This document shows positions 25,606 through 35,667 of a stretch of DNA of 35,667 nt, one piece after another. Numbering within the stretch: the first letter of the stretch is position 1; each line of letters opens with the position of its first letter. The DNA lies in the NCBI GenBank assembly GCA_001819145.1, contig MHLV01000016.1:6313-41979 (forward strand). Reading direction: 5' to 3'. This DNA comes from Candidatus Nealsonbacteria bacterium RBG_13_36_15. Its GTDB lineage: Bacteria; Patescibacteriota; Minisyncoccia; Minisyncoccales; RBG-13-36-15. The notes beneath the pieces were generated by a model. That model was not told where the DNA came from, ran no database searches, and was given only the letters and a program-made list of their open reading frames with translations. The translations under genes were made by a program, and so were the position numbers.

Positions 25606-28458
25606 ATGGCCCAAGATTTTATAAAAATCAGGGGAGCTAAAGTTCACAACCTAAAAAACATTGATGTTGACATCCCCAAAAATAAATTGGTGGTTATTAC
25701 CGGAATTTCTGGTTCTGGAAAGAGCTCTTTAGCTTTTGATACCTTATACGCTGAAGGCCAAAGAAGATACGTTGAATCATTATCTGCCTACGCCAGACAA
25801 TTTTTAGGAGTAATGCGAAAACCAGACGCGGAAAAGATTGAAGGCATATCACCGGCGATTTCCATTGACCAAAGGAAAGCAGCCCATAATCCCAGATCTA
25901 CGGTTGGTACAATTACCGAAATTTATGACTATCTAAGGTTATTATTTGCCAGAATCGGGATTCCACATTGTCCAAAATGCAAAAAAGAAGTTTCACGCCA
26001 AACCATTGACCAAATAGTTGAACAAGTTCTGAAAATGCCAAAAAAAACTGAAGTTACCATTTTAGGACCAGTTGTTCGCAGTCGAAAAGGAGAACATCGC
26101 GGACTTTTAGAAGAAATTCAAAGAGCCGGCTTTATAAGAGCGCGAATTAATGGCATAATTTACCGGATTGAAGAATCTTTGGAGAAATCTTTAGATCTAA
26201 AGAAAAAACACAATATTGAAGTGGTAGTAGACAGGTTGATAATCGAAAGGGGATTAGATAAATCTCGTTTAGTTGATTCATTAGAAACGGCTTTAAAATT
26301 AGGCAAAGGAATTGTAATTGTAAACCAGAAATTTAGAAAACAGAGACCAAATGATTTGAATTTTAGTGAGCATTTTGCCTGTGAAGATTGCGGAATTTCT
26401 CTGCCGGAATTGGAACCTCGGCTTTTTTCGTTCAATTCTCCTTATGGTGCTTGTCTGGCCTGTCAGGGATTGGGAGAAAAATTAGAGGTGGATCCAAAAC
26501 TGGTTATTCCTAATCCCAATTTAACCGTAGCTGAAGGAGCCATTCAGCCCTGGATGAGAGCTTCCCATAAAGTCGGAAGGCAAAGCTATTTCTGGTGGCA
26601 ACTATCCAACTTATCAGAGAGGATTAATTTTTCTTTATCAGAGCCGGTTAAAAATTTACCTCAAAAAATTATTGAAATTATTCTGTATGGCGATGGAGAA
26701 TTTGAAGGGGTTATTCCTTCATTAGAAAGAAGATACCGAGAGACAGATTCGAATTATACAAGAGAGGAGATTGAGCAGTATATGATTGAAAAAAAGTGTA
26801 AGCTCTGTCAAGGAAAAAGATTAAAGCCTGAAGCCTTGGCAACGATAATAGCTAAAACGTCAATTGACCAAATGGTTGAGATGAGCATCGGAAAATTAGA
26901 AAAATTTTTTGGCGAGTTATTAAATCCTAGGCGTCGCACCTTAAAATCTAACGAGATGAAAATTGCCCCGCCTATTATTAAAGAAGTTATAAATAGATTG
27001 CAGTTTTTAATTGATGTCGGGCTTGATTATTTAACCTTGAACAGGAAAGCTTCCACTTTGGCTGGCGGCGAAGAACAAAGAATAAAGTTAGCTACTCAAA
27101 TTGGATCAAAACTGACCGGCGTCCTATATATTTTAGATGAACCCTCAGTCGGACTTCATCCCCGAGACCAGGAAAGATTAATTGAGACATTAAAAAAACT
27201 TAAAGAGATAGGCAATACTGTTGTAGTTGTTGAACATGATCCCCAAACAATAAGGGCGGCCGACTGGATAATTGATATTGGGCCAGGGGCTGGGAAACAC
27301 GGCGGAAGGGTTATTTTTAAGGGAACACCCAGAGAATTAATGAAAGCTAAAACCTTAACCGGAGAATATATGTCTGGCAGGAAAAAGGTGGAAATAGAGT
27401 CTAGGGGTTCGTATCTCGTATCTAAGGATAAAAAAAAGACTAACTACCAAATACCTGATACAAAATACTTGGTTATTAAAGAAGCTGCCGAACATAACTT
27501 AAAGAATATTGATGCGAATATTCCCCTTGGCAAATTTGTTTGTATTACTGGTGTTTCAGGATCAGGCAAAAGTTCTTTGATGAATGATGTTTTGGCTAAG
27601 TCTTTATTGAAAAAATTTTATAAGACCAAAGAAGATTCGGGAAAACACAAAGAGATTTTAGGAGCCGAAAATTTAAATAAAGTAGTTTTAGTTGATCAGT
27701 CACCGATTGGCCGTACTCCCAGATCAAATCCCGCAACTTATACAGGAGCCTTCTCTTTTATCAGAGATCTTTTTTCAAAAACAAGAGAGGCTAAAATTAG
27801 GGGATACCAGCCCGGTCGTTTTAGTTTTAATGTTAAAGGAGGAAGGTGTGAGGTTTGCGAAGGGCAGGGTCAAATCAAAATTGAAATGTTTTTTCTGCCA
27901 GATGTTTATGTTGAATGTCAAGAGTGTAGGGGGAGAAGATTCAACAAAGAAACCTTGTCTATTGAATATAAAGGAAAAAATATTTCTGATGTTTTATCAA
28001 TGACCGTTGAAGAAGCCTTAGGTTTTTTTAAATTAATACCCGGTCTTTTTCAAAAACTTAAAACTTTAAATAGAGTTGGTTTAGGCTATATTCAGTTGGG
28101 CCAGCCCGCCACCTCGCTTTCTGGCGGAGAAGCCCAAAGGATAAAATTATCTACTGAACTTTCCAGGAAGGCAACTGGAAAAACTTTATATATTTTAGAT
28201 GAACCAACCACCGGTCTGCATCCAGATGATATTAAGAAATTAGTATGGGTTTTGAGAAGTTTAGTTGATATGGGTAATACCGTTTTAATAATTGAACATA
28301 ATTTAGATGTTATTAAGAACTCAGACTGGATAATTGATTTAGGACCAGAGGGGGGAGAGAGAGGAGGGTACATTATAGCCGAAGGAACTCCTTTTGAGAT
28401 TACAACAAATAAAAAAAGCCATACCGGAAAATACTTGAAGACGGCACTAAGTAATTGA
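25606..28458 (+). CDS. uvrA: Excinuclease ABC subunit A
   Basis: 950 aa. Two ABC modules ([12 protein letters not shown] and [10 protein letters not shown]; LSGGE signatures). Cys4 zinc modules (CPKC..., CEVCEGQG...CQEC). Confidence 0.98.
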   Translation: MAQDFIKIRGAKVHNLKNIDVDIPKNKLVVITGISGSGKSSLAFDTLYAEGQRRYVESLSAYARQFLGVMRKPDAEKIEGISPAISIDQRKAAHNPRSTVGTITEIYDYLRLLFARIGIPHCPKCKKEVSRQTIDQIVEQVLKMPKKTEVTILGPVVRSRKGEHRGLLEEIQRAGFIRARINGIIYRIEESLEKSLDLKKKHNIEVVVDRLIIERGLDKSRLVDSLETALKLGKGIVIVNQKFRKQRPNDLNFSEHFACEDCGISLPELEPRLFSFNSPYGACLACQGLGEKLEVDPKLVIPNPNLTVAEGAIQPWMRASHKVGRQSYFWWQLSNLSERINFSLSEPVKNLPQKIIEIILYGDGEFEGVIPSLERRYRETDSNYTREEIEQYMIEKKCKLCQGKRLKPEALATIIAKTSIDQMVEMSIGKLEKFFGELLNPRRRTLKSNEMKIAPPIIKEVINRLQFLIDVGLDYLTLNRKASTLAGGEEQRIKLATQIGSKLTGVLYILDEPSVGLHPRDQERLIETLKKLKEIGNTVVVVEHDPQTIRAADWIIDIGPGAGKHGGRVIFKGTPRELMKAKTLTGEYMSGRKKVEIESRGSYLVSKDKKKTNYQIPDTKYLVIKEAAEHNLKNIDANIPLGKFVCITGVSGSGKSSLMNDVLAKSLLKKFYKTKEDSGKHKEILGAENLNKVVLVDQSPIGRTPRSNPATYTGAFSFIRDLFSKTREAKIRGYQPGRFSFNVKGGRCEVCEGQGQIKIEMFFLPDVYVECQECRGRRFNKETLSIEYKGKNISDVLSMTVEEALGFFKLIPGLFQKLKTLNRVGLGYIQLGQPATSLSGGEAQRIKLSTELSRKATGKTLYILDEPTTGLHPDDIKKLVWVLRSLVDMGNTVLIIEHNLDVIKNSDWIIDLGPEGGERGGYIIAEGTPFEITTNKKSHTGKYLKTALSN

Positions 28459-28465
28459 CAAAATC

Positions 28466-28494
28466 TTGACAGATTTTTAAAAGTGATTTAAGAT
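28466..28494 (+). promoter_or_regulatory. sigma70-like promoter TTGACA-17-TAAGAT for groES-groEL
   Basis: TTGACA at 28466-28471, 17-nt spacer, TAAGAT at 28489-28494. A second TTGACA sits at 28455-28460. This leaves a leader of about 115 nt. Confidence 0.55.
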
Positions 28495-28616
28495 TATAGA
28501 GTAAATTATTATCAACCTAAGCCGTATTTATTAAAATATCCAGCGGTTAGCGGTTATCGGTCCACAAAAAAATTATGAACATTGTTTACTGTTAACCGTT
28601 TTCTGTTTATTGACTT

Positions 28617-30532
<1,916 letters not shown>

Positions 30533-30560
30533 GTTTAATAACTATTTGTGTTGATTGTTT

Positions 30561-30596
30561 GCCCCGCTGCGTCAAACGCGGCGGGCTTTTTGTTTT
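30561..30596 (+). terminator. Rho-independent terminator after groEL
   Basis: GCCC(C)GCTGCG pairs with CGCGGCGGGC: 10 bp with one bulge and a TCAAA loop, followed by TTTTTGTTTT. Confidence 0.8.
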
Positions 30597-30624
30597 GAGG
30601 CTTTTTTGCTTTTTTATTTTAGGG

Positions 30625-30630
30625 TATAAT
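30625..30630 (+). promoter_or_regulatory. TATAAT -10 box 7 nt upstream of the histidine-kinase ATG
   Basis: TATAAT at 30625-30630, ATAACCA, ATG at 30638. There is no SD, and the -35 is poor. Confidence 0.4.
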
Positions 30631-30637
30631 ATAACCA

Positions 30638-31414
30638 ATGATAAGATTTGGTGGAAAACTTTCTGGGGAGCAAGACTATCAAAGTGAAAAATCAAAAATT
30701 TCAGAAGCCATTTCAATTGCTGCTCACCAATTAAGGCACCCAATATCAGTGATAAAAAGTTATCTGGAGGCTTTAGGTTCGGAAGATTTCGGGAAATTAA
30801 ACCTCAAACAAGTAGAATACATTGAAGATGCCCTTGAAAATGTTAGAAGAATAACAGAAACAGTAAATAACCTTTTAGATATTTCCAGGGTTGAAGAGGG
30901 AAGGTATGAGTTAAAATTAGAGCCAATATCTTTAGCAGAAATTACAGAATCAGTAGTCAGGGAATTCGCTCTTTGGGCGGAAGCTTCCAACTCTAAAGTT
31001 GTATTTAAAAAACCAAAAGAAATTTTGCCGCCAGTTCTCACCGACGCTTTAAAAATTAGACAAGTGGTGGAAAATTTGATTGCTAACGCTGTTAAGTATA
31101 AAAAAACGGGACAAGGGATAATAGAAGTAATTCTAACAAAAAAAGGGAAAGAGATAATTTTTTCTTGTAAAGATAATGGAATAGGCATTCCTAAAGAAGA
31201 TTTTAAGAAAATTTTTACTAAATTCTATCGTTCAGAAGAGGCGATGGAGATAGATCCTACTGGCGCCGGTCTTGGCCTCTATTTAAACCGAGCAACGGTT
31301 GAGGCCAGCGGAGGAAAGGTTTGGTTTGTTAGAAATAAAGACTTTGGAACAACTTTTTCTTTTAGCCTCCCCATTTTTTCGGCATCTTTATTTATTAGTA
31401 AAAGAGCTTATTAG
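30638..31414 (+). CDS. Soluble sensor-less histidine kinase (HisKA + HATPase_c only)
   Basis: 258 aa. H-box AAHQLRHPISVIKSYLE starts near residue 29. N-box ENLIANAVKY, G1 DNGIGIP, G2 GAGLGL. No TM or sensor domain. Confidence 0.9.
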   Translation: MIRFGGKLSGEQDYQSEKSKISEAISIAAHQLRHPISVIKSYLEALGSEDFGKLNLKQVEYIEDALENVRRITETVNNLLDISRVEEGRYELKLEPISLAEITESVVREFALWAEASNSKVVFKKPKEILPPVLTDALKIRQVVENLIANAVKYKKTGQGIIEVILTKKGKEIIFSCKDNGIGIPKEDFKKIFTKFYRSEEAMEIDPTGAGLGLYLNRATVEASGGKVWFVRNKDFGTTFSFSLPIFSASLFISKRAY

Positions 31415-31427
31415 TCTGTTATAGTTT

Positions 31428-31526
31428 ATGTCTGATAAAAAACCGAAGATTTTGATGATTGAGGAAGACCCCATACAAATCCCTTCAGGATTGTACGGGG
31501 CGAGAATAAGAAACACAACATTTTAG
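31428..31526 (+). pseudogene. Remnant response-regulator N-terminus (14 conserved codons), then unrelated sequence containing a GC-rich hairpin
   Basis: MSDKKPKILMIEED compares with MPNKKPKVLMIEED of the intact RR. A 16-nt identity ATGATTGAGGAAGACC occurs at 31455-31470 and 31566-31581. The frame ends at TAG 31524-31526 after 32 codons. Confidence 0.45.
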
Positions 31527-31538
31527 CTCCATTCAATT

Positions 31539-31925
31539 ATGCCTAATAAGAAGCCAAAAGTCCTAATGATTGAGGAAGACCGTTTTTTGAGAAAGATTTA
31601 TCGGGATAAATTATCTCGGTTGAGCTTTGATTTTTTAGAAGCAACCAACGGTGAAGAGGGTTTAAATAAGGTTATTTATGAAAAGCCCGATGTGGTTATA
31701 TTAGATTTAATGTTGCCCAAAAAAAATGGCTTTGATGTTCTAATTGATATTAGGAGTAATAAAAATACTCAAAATATTCCAGTGATTATTCTTTCTAATC
31801 TTGGCCAAGAATCTGATATTAAGAGAGCCCTTGATTTAGGGGCTACAAGTTACTTAGTTAAAACTGACATTAGCCTATCGGGAGTAGTAGATAAAGTAAA
31901 AGAACAAGTAGCTAAAAACAGATAG
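31539..31925 (+). CDS. Single-domain (receiver-only, CheY-like) response regulator
   Basis: 128 aa. Acidic pocket IEED, phospho-acceptor context VVILDLMLP, and the conserved Lys context YLVKT. No output domain. Confidence 0.9.
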   Translation: MPNKKPKVLMIEEDRFLRKIYRDKLSRLSFDFLEATNGEEGLNKVIYEKPDVVILDLMLPKKNGFDVLIDIRSNKNTQNIPVIILSNLGQESDIKRALDLGATSYLVKTDISLSGVVDKVKEQVAKNR

Positions 31926-31940
31926 TTTTTTGGCTGAAAG

Positions 31941-33623
31941 ATGAAAATAACCGAACAATTTTTAAAAAAAATCCTGGTAAGTCCGAGTTTAATTTCAGAG
32001 AAAGATTTTGATTTAATTAAAAAAAAAGCTCTGGCAGAAAAAAAATCTTTAATTAACGCTATTTTAGATCAGGGCTTAATTTTTGATGAACAGTTAGGTC
32101 GTCTAATTGCCGACGAAATTCAACTTCCCTTTGTTAATCTTCAGAAAACAAAAATCAAAAAAGATATTCTTAATATCATTCCTGAAATTGTAGCCCGTCA
32201 GCAAGAAACTATTGCCTTTGAGAAATCTCAGGAGGGCTTAAAAGTCGCCTTATCTGATCCAGAGAATATAGAATTAAGAGAATTTATTGAAAGAAAAACT
32301 GGAGAGAAAGTCTTACCTTATTATGCAACGGAAAAAGACATCAAGGAAACTCTAAAATGTTATAAGAGAGAGATAAAAGAGGTTTTTGATGAATTAATAA
32401 ATAAAGCCTTAGAAGAGCTTAAAAAAACCGTCAAGGCTGAATCCCTGCCAATAATTAAAATGGTTGACTTGATCTTAAGTTACGGTTATGAAAACCGAGC
32501 TTCTGATATTCACTTTGAACCTTATCAAAAAAAGACTATTTTAAGATATCGGATTGATGGAATTTTATACGATGTTTTAACTTTACCAGAGACTATTCAC
32601 GAATTTTTAATCTCGCGAATTAAAATTTTAGCCGATTTAAGAACCGATATTCACGAGGCCGCTCAAGACGGCCATTTTTCATTTTCTTTTCCTGACGAGA
32701 AAGCAGATATTAGGGTTTCAATTGTACCAATTGAAGAAGGGGAAAAGGCGGTTTTAAGGCTTTTATCAGAAAGAGCGCGGAGATTTGACCTTGAAGGGTT
32801 GGGAGTGGGGAATAAAGAAACGGAAATTATTGGAAAAAATATTAAAAAATCTTGGGGAATGACTTTAGTTTCAGGACCTACTGGCTGCGGAAAAACTACA
32901 ACTTTATACGCTATTTTAAAAATTTTAAATACTCGCGAAGTTAATATTTGTACCATTGAAGATCCTGTTGAATATGATATTGAAGGGGTTAATCAGATTC
33001 AGGTTAATCCAAAAACTGGCCTTAATTTCTCTAAGGGTTTGAAAGCAATAATCCGCCAAGATCCTAATATTATTATGGTCGGTGAAATCAGAGATGAAGA
33101 AACTTCCAAATTAGCGATAAATGCAGCAATGACAGGCCATTTAGTTTTGTCTACCTTTCATGCAACAGACGCTGCCACTACCATACCCCGGCTTTTAGAA
33201 ATGGGAGCAGAGTCCTTCTTGATTTCAACAACTTTAAATTTAATTATTGCCCAAAGATTGGTTAGAAAAATTTGTTCAAAATGTATTGAGAGTTATGAAA
33301 TTTCTCCCGAAAAGATCGCTCAGCTTTTGGGCAAAGACCTCGTTTTAAAACTGCCAAGAACAAAAGAGGGAAAAATTTTGCTTTTCCGAGGGAGAGGATG
33401 CTCTCTTTGTTATAAAACGGGGTATCTTGGCAGAACCGGTATTTTTGAGGCTTTAGAAATTAAAGAACCAATAAAAAAATTAATTATAGAAAAAGCTACC
33501 GCTGATCAAATCAAGAATAAAGCTCAGGAGCTTGGCATGCGGACAATGATTGAGGACGGTTTAAAGAAAGCAGAGAAAGGAATTACTACTTTAGAAGAAA
33601 TTTTAAGAGCCACTAAAGAATAA
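31941..33623 (+). CDS. pilB: Type IV pilus assembly ATPase (GspE/PilB family)
   Basis: 560 aa. N-terminal T2SSE_N-like domain, Walker A GPTGCGKTTT, Asp/His boxes (GEIRDEET, STFHATDA), and a tetra-Cys motif CSKC...CSLC. Confidence 0.9.
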   Translation: MKITEQFLKKILVSPSLISEKDFDLIKKKALAEKKSLINAILDQGLIFDEQLGRLIADEIQLPFVNLQKTKIKKDILNIIPEIVARQQETIAFEKSQEGLKVALSDPENIELREFIERKTGEKVLPYYATEKDIKETLKCYKREIKEVFDELINKALEELKKTVKAESLPIIKMVDLILSYGYENRASDIHFEPYQKKTILRYRIDGILYDVLTLPETIHEFLISRIKILADLRTDIHEAAQDGHFSFSFPDEKADIRVSIVPIEEGEKAVLRLLSERARRFDLEGLGVGNKETEIIGKNIKKSWGMTLVSGPTGCGKTTTLYAILKILNTREVNICTIEDPVEYDIEGVNQIQVNPKTGLNFSKGLKAIIRQDPNIIMVGEIRDEETSKLAINAAMTGHLVLSTFHATDAATTIPRLLEMGAESFLISTTLNLIIAQRLVRKICSKCIESYEISPEKIAQLLGKDLVLKLPRTKEGKILLFRGRGCSLCYKTGYLGRTGIFEALEIKEPIKKLIIEKATADQIKNKAQELGMRTMIEDGLKKAEKGITTLEEILRATKE

Positions 33624-33676
33624 AAACCTTAAAACCTAAAAATTTAAAAACAAATTATTTTTAAATTTTTAAAAGT

Positions 33677-34738
33677 ATGGGAGTTTCCCAAAAAGAAAAA
33701 ATTTTCTTCGTTGAACACTTATCTTTAATGCTTAAAGGAGGGATACCAATCTCCGAAGCTTTAGGGACTCTTAGGGACGAGACAAAATCGGGAAAATTGC
33801 GAAAGATTTTGTCAGAAACTTTAGAAAGAATTTTAGGGGGCGAAAGTTTAGGAAAAAGCCTTGAAAAATATCCTCGGATTTTTGACAGATTTTTCTTAAG
33901 TGTAGTTAAATTGGGAGAGAAAAGCGGAACCTTAGATGCGAACCTTAAGTATTTAGCCTTACAGCTCCGCAAGGATTATGATTTGAGGAGAAAGATTGCC
34001 GGGGCTCTTTTATACCCCGCCCTTATTATTATTCTGGCTATAATAATTATCTTGATTATAATTTTTTTCGTTTTGCCAAAAATTATTCCGGTCTTCCAAG
34101 CTTTACAAACTATGGGAATTGTCGGTCAACTGCCATTAGCCACTAAAATTTTACTAAAATTAGGCGTTTTTTTAAGAAAATTCGGTTTTTTAATCCCGAT
34201 AGTATCCATTCTTCTTTTTTTCTTTTTAAAAGTCATTCAGAGAATAAGCTTTATTAGATTTTATCTTGATAAAATAGTTCTTTCCCTTCCTGTTTTGGGA
34301 AGTATTGCTAAAGATCTTAATTTAGCCAGGTTTTCTTGGAATTTTTATACTTTATTAAAAAGCGGTATGCCTATTTTAGAATCTCTGGAAATCTGTTCTG
34401 ATATTTTACCAAACGAAGTTTATCGGAAAAATTTAATTTCAATTAGATCTGATGTAGAAAGAGGAGAAAAAATTAGCTTTGGTTTAAAGAAAGCTTCCAG
34501 AAACTTTCCGCCCATTTTTTCAGAAATGATTTTGGTTGGAGAAAAAACAGGTTCCCTAGAAGAAAGTTCTCTTTATTTGGCTCAATTCTATAGCCAGGAA
34601 GCAGATTCTACTATAAAAAACATCTCTGATCTCATTGGGCCAATTTTATTAATTTTTATTGGAATTATCATTGTTTTAGTCGCTTTAGCCACTATTATTC
34701 CGATCTACCGCTTTATTGGAGAAATAGGCGTAAGGTAA
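33677..34738 (+). CDS. pilC: Type IV pilus platform protein (GspF/PilC family)
   Basis: 353 aa. Two T2SSF-like repeats (LSLMLKGGIPISEAL and LLKSGMPILESL) and 3 TM segments. Confidence 0.88.
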   Translation: MGVSQKEKIFFVEHLSLMLKGGIPISEALGTLRDETKSGKLRKILSETLERILGGESLGKSLEKYPRIFDRFFLSVVKLGEKSGTLDANLKYLALQLRKDYDLRRKIAGALLYPALIIILAIIIILIIIFFVLPKIIPVFQALQTMGIVGQLPLATKILLKLGVFLRKFGFLIPIVSILLFFFLKVIQRISFIRFYLDKIVLSLPVLGSIAKDLNLARFSWNFYTLLKSGMPILESLEICSDILPNEVYRKNLISIRSDVERGEKISFGLKKASRNFPPIFSEMILVGEKTGSLEESSLYLAQFYSQEADSTIKNISDLIGPILLIFIGIIIVLVALATIIPIYRFIGEIGVR

Positions 34739-34761
34739 TTTGCTCAAACCCTTTTTATAAA

Positions 34762-35196
34762 ATGAAAGGTTTTACTTTAATAGAATTTTTTTTAATTATT
34801 ATAATTATTTTTTTTATCTCTGTTCCAATTTTGTTTTTCGTCCTTAATTTTTATAAGAATCAACAACTTCAAGCTTATACCCACCAGATTCTAAAAGACT
34901 TAAGGAGGGCTCAATTCAAGGCAATGGCAGGCGAAGGAGGAGCGAAATTCGGAGTTTATATTACTAACGACAATTATACTTTGTTTAGGGGGGATTCTTA
35001 CGACATGCGTGATGATCAATATGATGAAGTTTTTGACCTTCCTCAAATAATAACAATTCAAGATTCACCAAAAGAAGCTGTTTTTTCTGAATTAAAAGGA
35101 GAACCAAGTTATATTGGAAATATAATAATAAGTAGCGATAGCTTAACTCAGACGATAAATATTAGTGAGATTGGATTGATAGGTCTTAAACCATGA
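34762..35196 (+). CDS. Prepilin-type N-terminal cleavage/methylation protein (GspH/FimT-like minor pilin)
   Basis: 144 aa. Class III signal MKG/FTLIEFF with Glu at +5, followed by a hydrophobic helix. Confidence 0.8.
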   Translation: MKGFTLIEFFLIIIIIFFISVPILFFVLNFYKNQQLQAYTHQILKDLRRAQFKAMAGEGGAKFGVYITNDNYTLFRGDSYDMRDDQYDEVFDLPQIITIQDSPKEAVFSELKGEPSYIGNIIISSDSLTQTINISEIGLIGLKP

Positions 35197-35667
35197 ATTA
35201 TGAAAGAGGACAATTTTTAGTTGAGTTAATAATTGCTATTGGAATTTTTGTGATTCTGGCCAGCTCTTTAGCTTTTTTAGTTTTTAATAGTTATACGGCA
35301 GGATTTTTAGCCTCAGGAATGGTTAAGGCTGATCTTTTAGCTGAAGAAGGATTAGAGGCTACAAGATCAATTAGAGACAATAATTGGCAAGACCTGACAA
35401 GCGGAGATCATGGATTAATAATTTCTGGAGGGAAGTGGCAATTTTCAGGCTCATCAGATATAATTGACGGAAAATTTCTCCGGACCATAAACATAGAAGA
35501 TATTAGTATTGATCAAAAAATAATTACTTCCCGCATAACATGGCCGTTTATAGAAGGAAGATCACAGGAAATAACTTTAGTTACCTATCTGACTAATTGG
35601 CAAAAAAGATTACAAATCAAGAAACCTACCGCCCGTACCGATAGCACGGGCTGGACTACTCCTGCCT
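35193..35667 (+). CDS. Second prepilin-like protein, 3'-truncated by the window edge
   Basis: Not in the ORF track because it has no stop. ATG at 35193 overlaps the previous TGA (ATGA). I translated 158 codons by hand with no stop: MNYERG/QFLVELIIAIGIFVILA..., with Glu at +5 after the Gly. Confidence 0.65.
   Translation, partial: MNYERGQFLVELIIAIGIFVILASSLAFLVFNSYTAGFLASGMVKADLLAEEGLEATRSIRDNNWQDLTSGDHGLIISGGKWQFSGSSDIIDGKFLRTINIEDISIDQKIITSRITWPFIEGRSQEITLVTYLTNWQKRLQIKKPTARTDSTGWTTPA

Noticed and set aside
28459-28616. A CIRCE (HrcA) operator upstream of groES.
   Set aside because: I searched the leader by eye for TTAGCACTC-N9-GAGTGCTAA and found nothing close. Only the CGGTTA repeats are reported, as a separate finding.
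33661-33972. 103-aa minus-strand ORF opposite the pilC 5' end.
   Set aside because: It is a shadow ORF of pilC, which has clear GspF family repeats and fits the pilB-pilC-pilin order.

Overview
This is an AT-rich, very compact bacterial window (roughly mid-30s % G+C by eye). It holds about 31 protein genes and 1 tRNA. Most intergenic gaps are under 125 nt, and several genes overlap by 4-10 nt. The content is mostly core housekeeping. Gene order is: TPR protein (5'-truncated), rpoB, rpoC, ftsK, recA on the plus strand. Then rpsR, ssb, rpsF and ychF on minus (transcribed ychF to rpsR), a phosphohexomutase on plus, and a long minus-strand run. That run, in transcription order, is: 693-aa secreted protein, uvrC, DUF360 membrane protein, secG, orphan substrate-binding protein, cupin-type PGI, tRNA-Leu(CAG), RNase J, trpS. 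After that come a membrane protein, uvrA, groES, groEL, a sensor-less histidine kinase, a receiver-only response regulator, and a type IV pilus block (pilB, pilC, two prepilin-like genes) that runs off the 3' edge. Lys/Glu/Ile-rich proteins, a shortened UvrC, a cupin PGI and the pilus genes suggest a small-genome Patescibacteria/CPR-like organism; this is inference. TGA behaves as a normal stop. I found no CRISPR array, transposase, integrase, reverse transcriptase, or recognisable defence or toxin-antitoxin module, and I cannot honestly claim a new multi-gene system. The points most worth a second look are: (1) a 693-aa modular secreted HExxH protein bracketed by a perfect 47-bp direct repeat that duplicates the uvrC promoter and start codon; (2) no Shine-Dalgarno motif at any start, with -10 boxes 6-12 nt upstream of many start codons, suggesting leaderless mRNAs; (3) a tRNA whose 5' half encodes the last 10 codons of the upstream gene and whose CCA end lies 9 nt before the RNase J start; (4) a long structured leader or inverted-repeat element before the ychF-rpsF-ssb-rpsR operon; (5) a remnant response-regulator N-terminus fused to a GC-rich hairpin; (6) a promoter, mini-ORF and terminator arrangement in front of rpoB.
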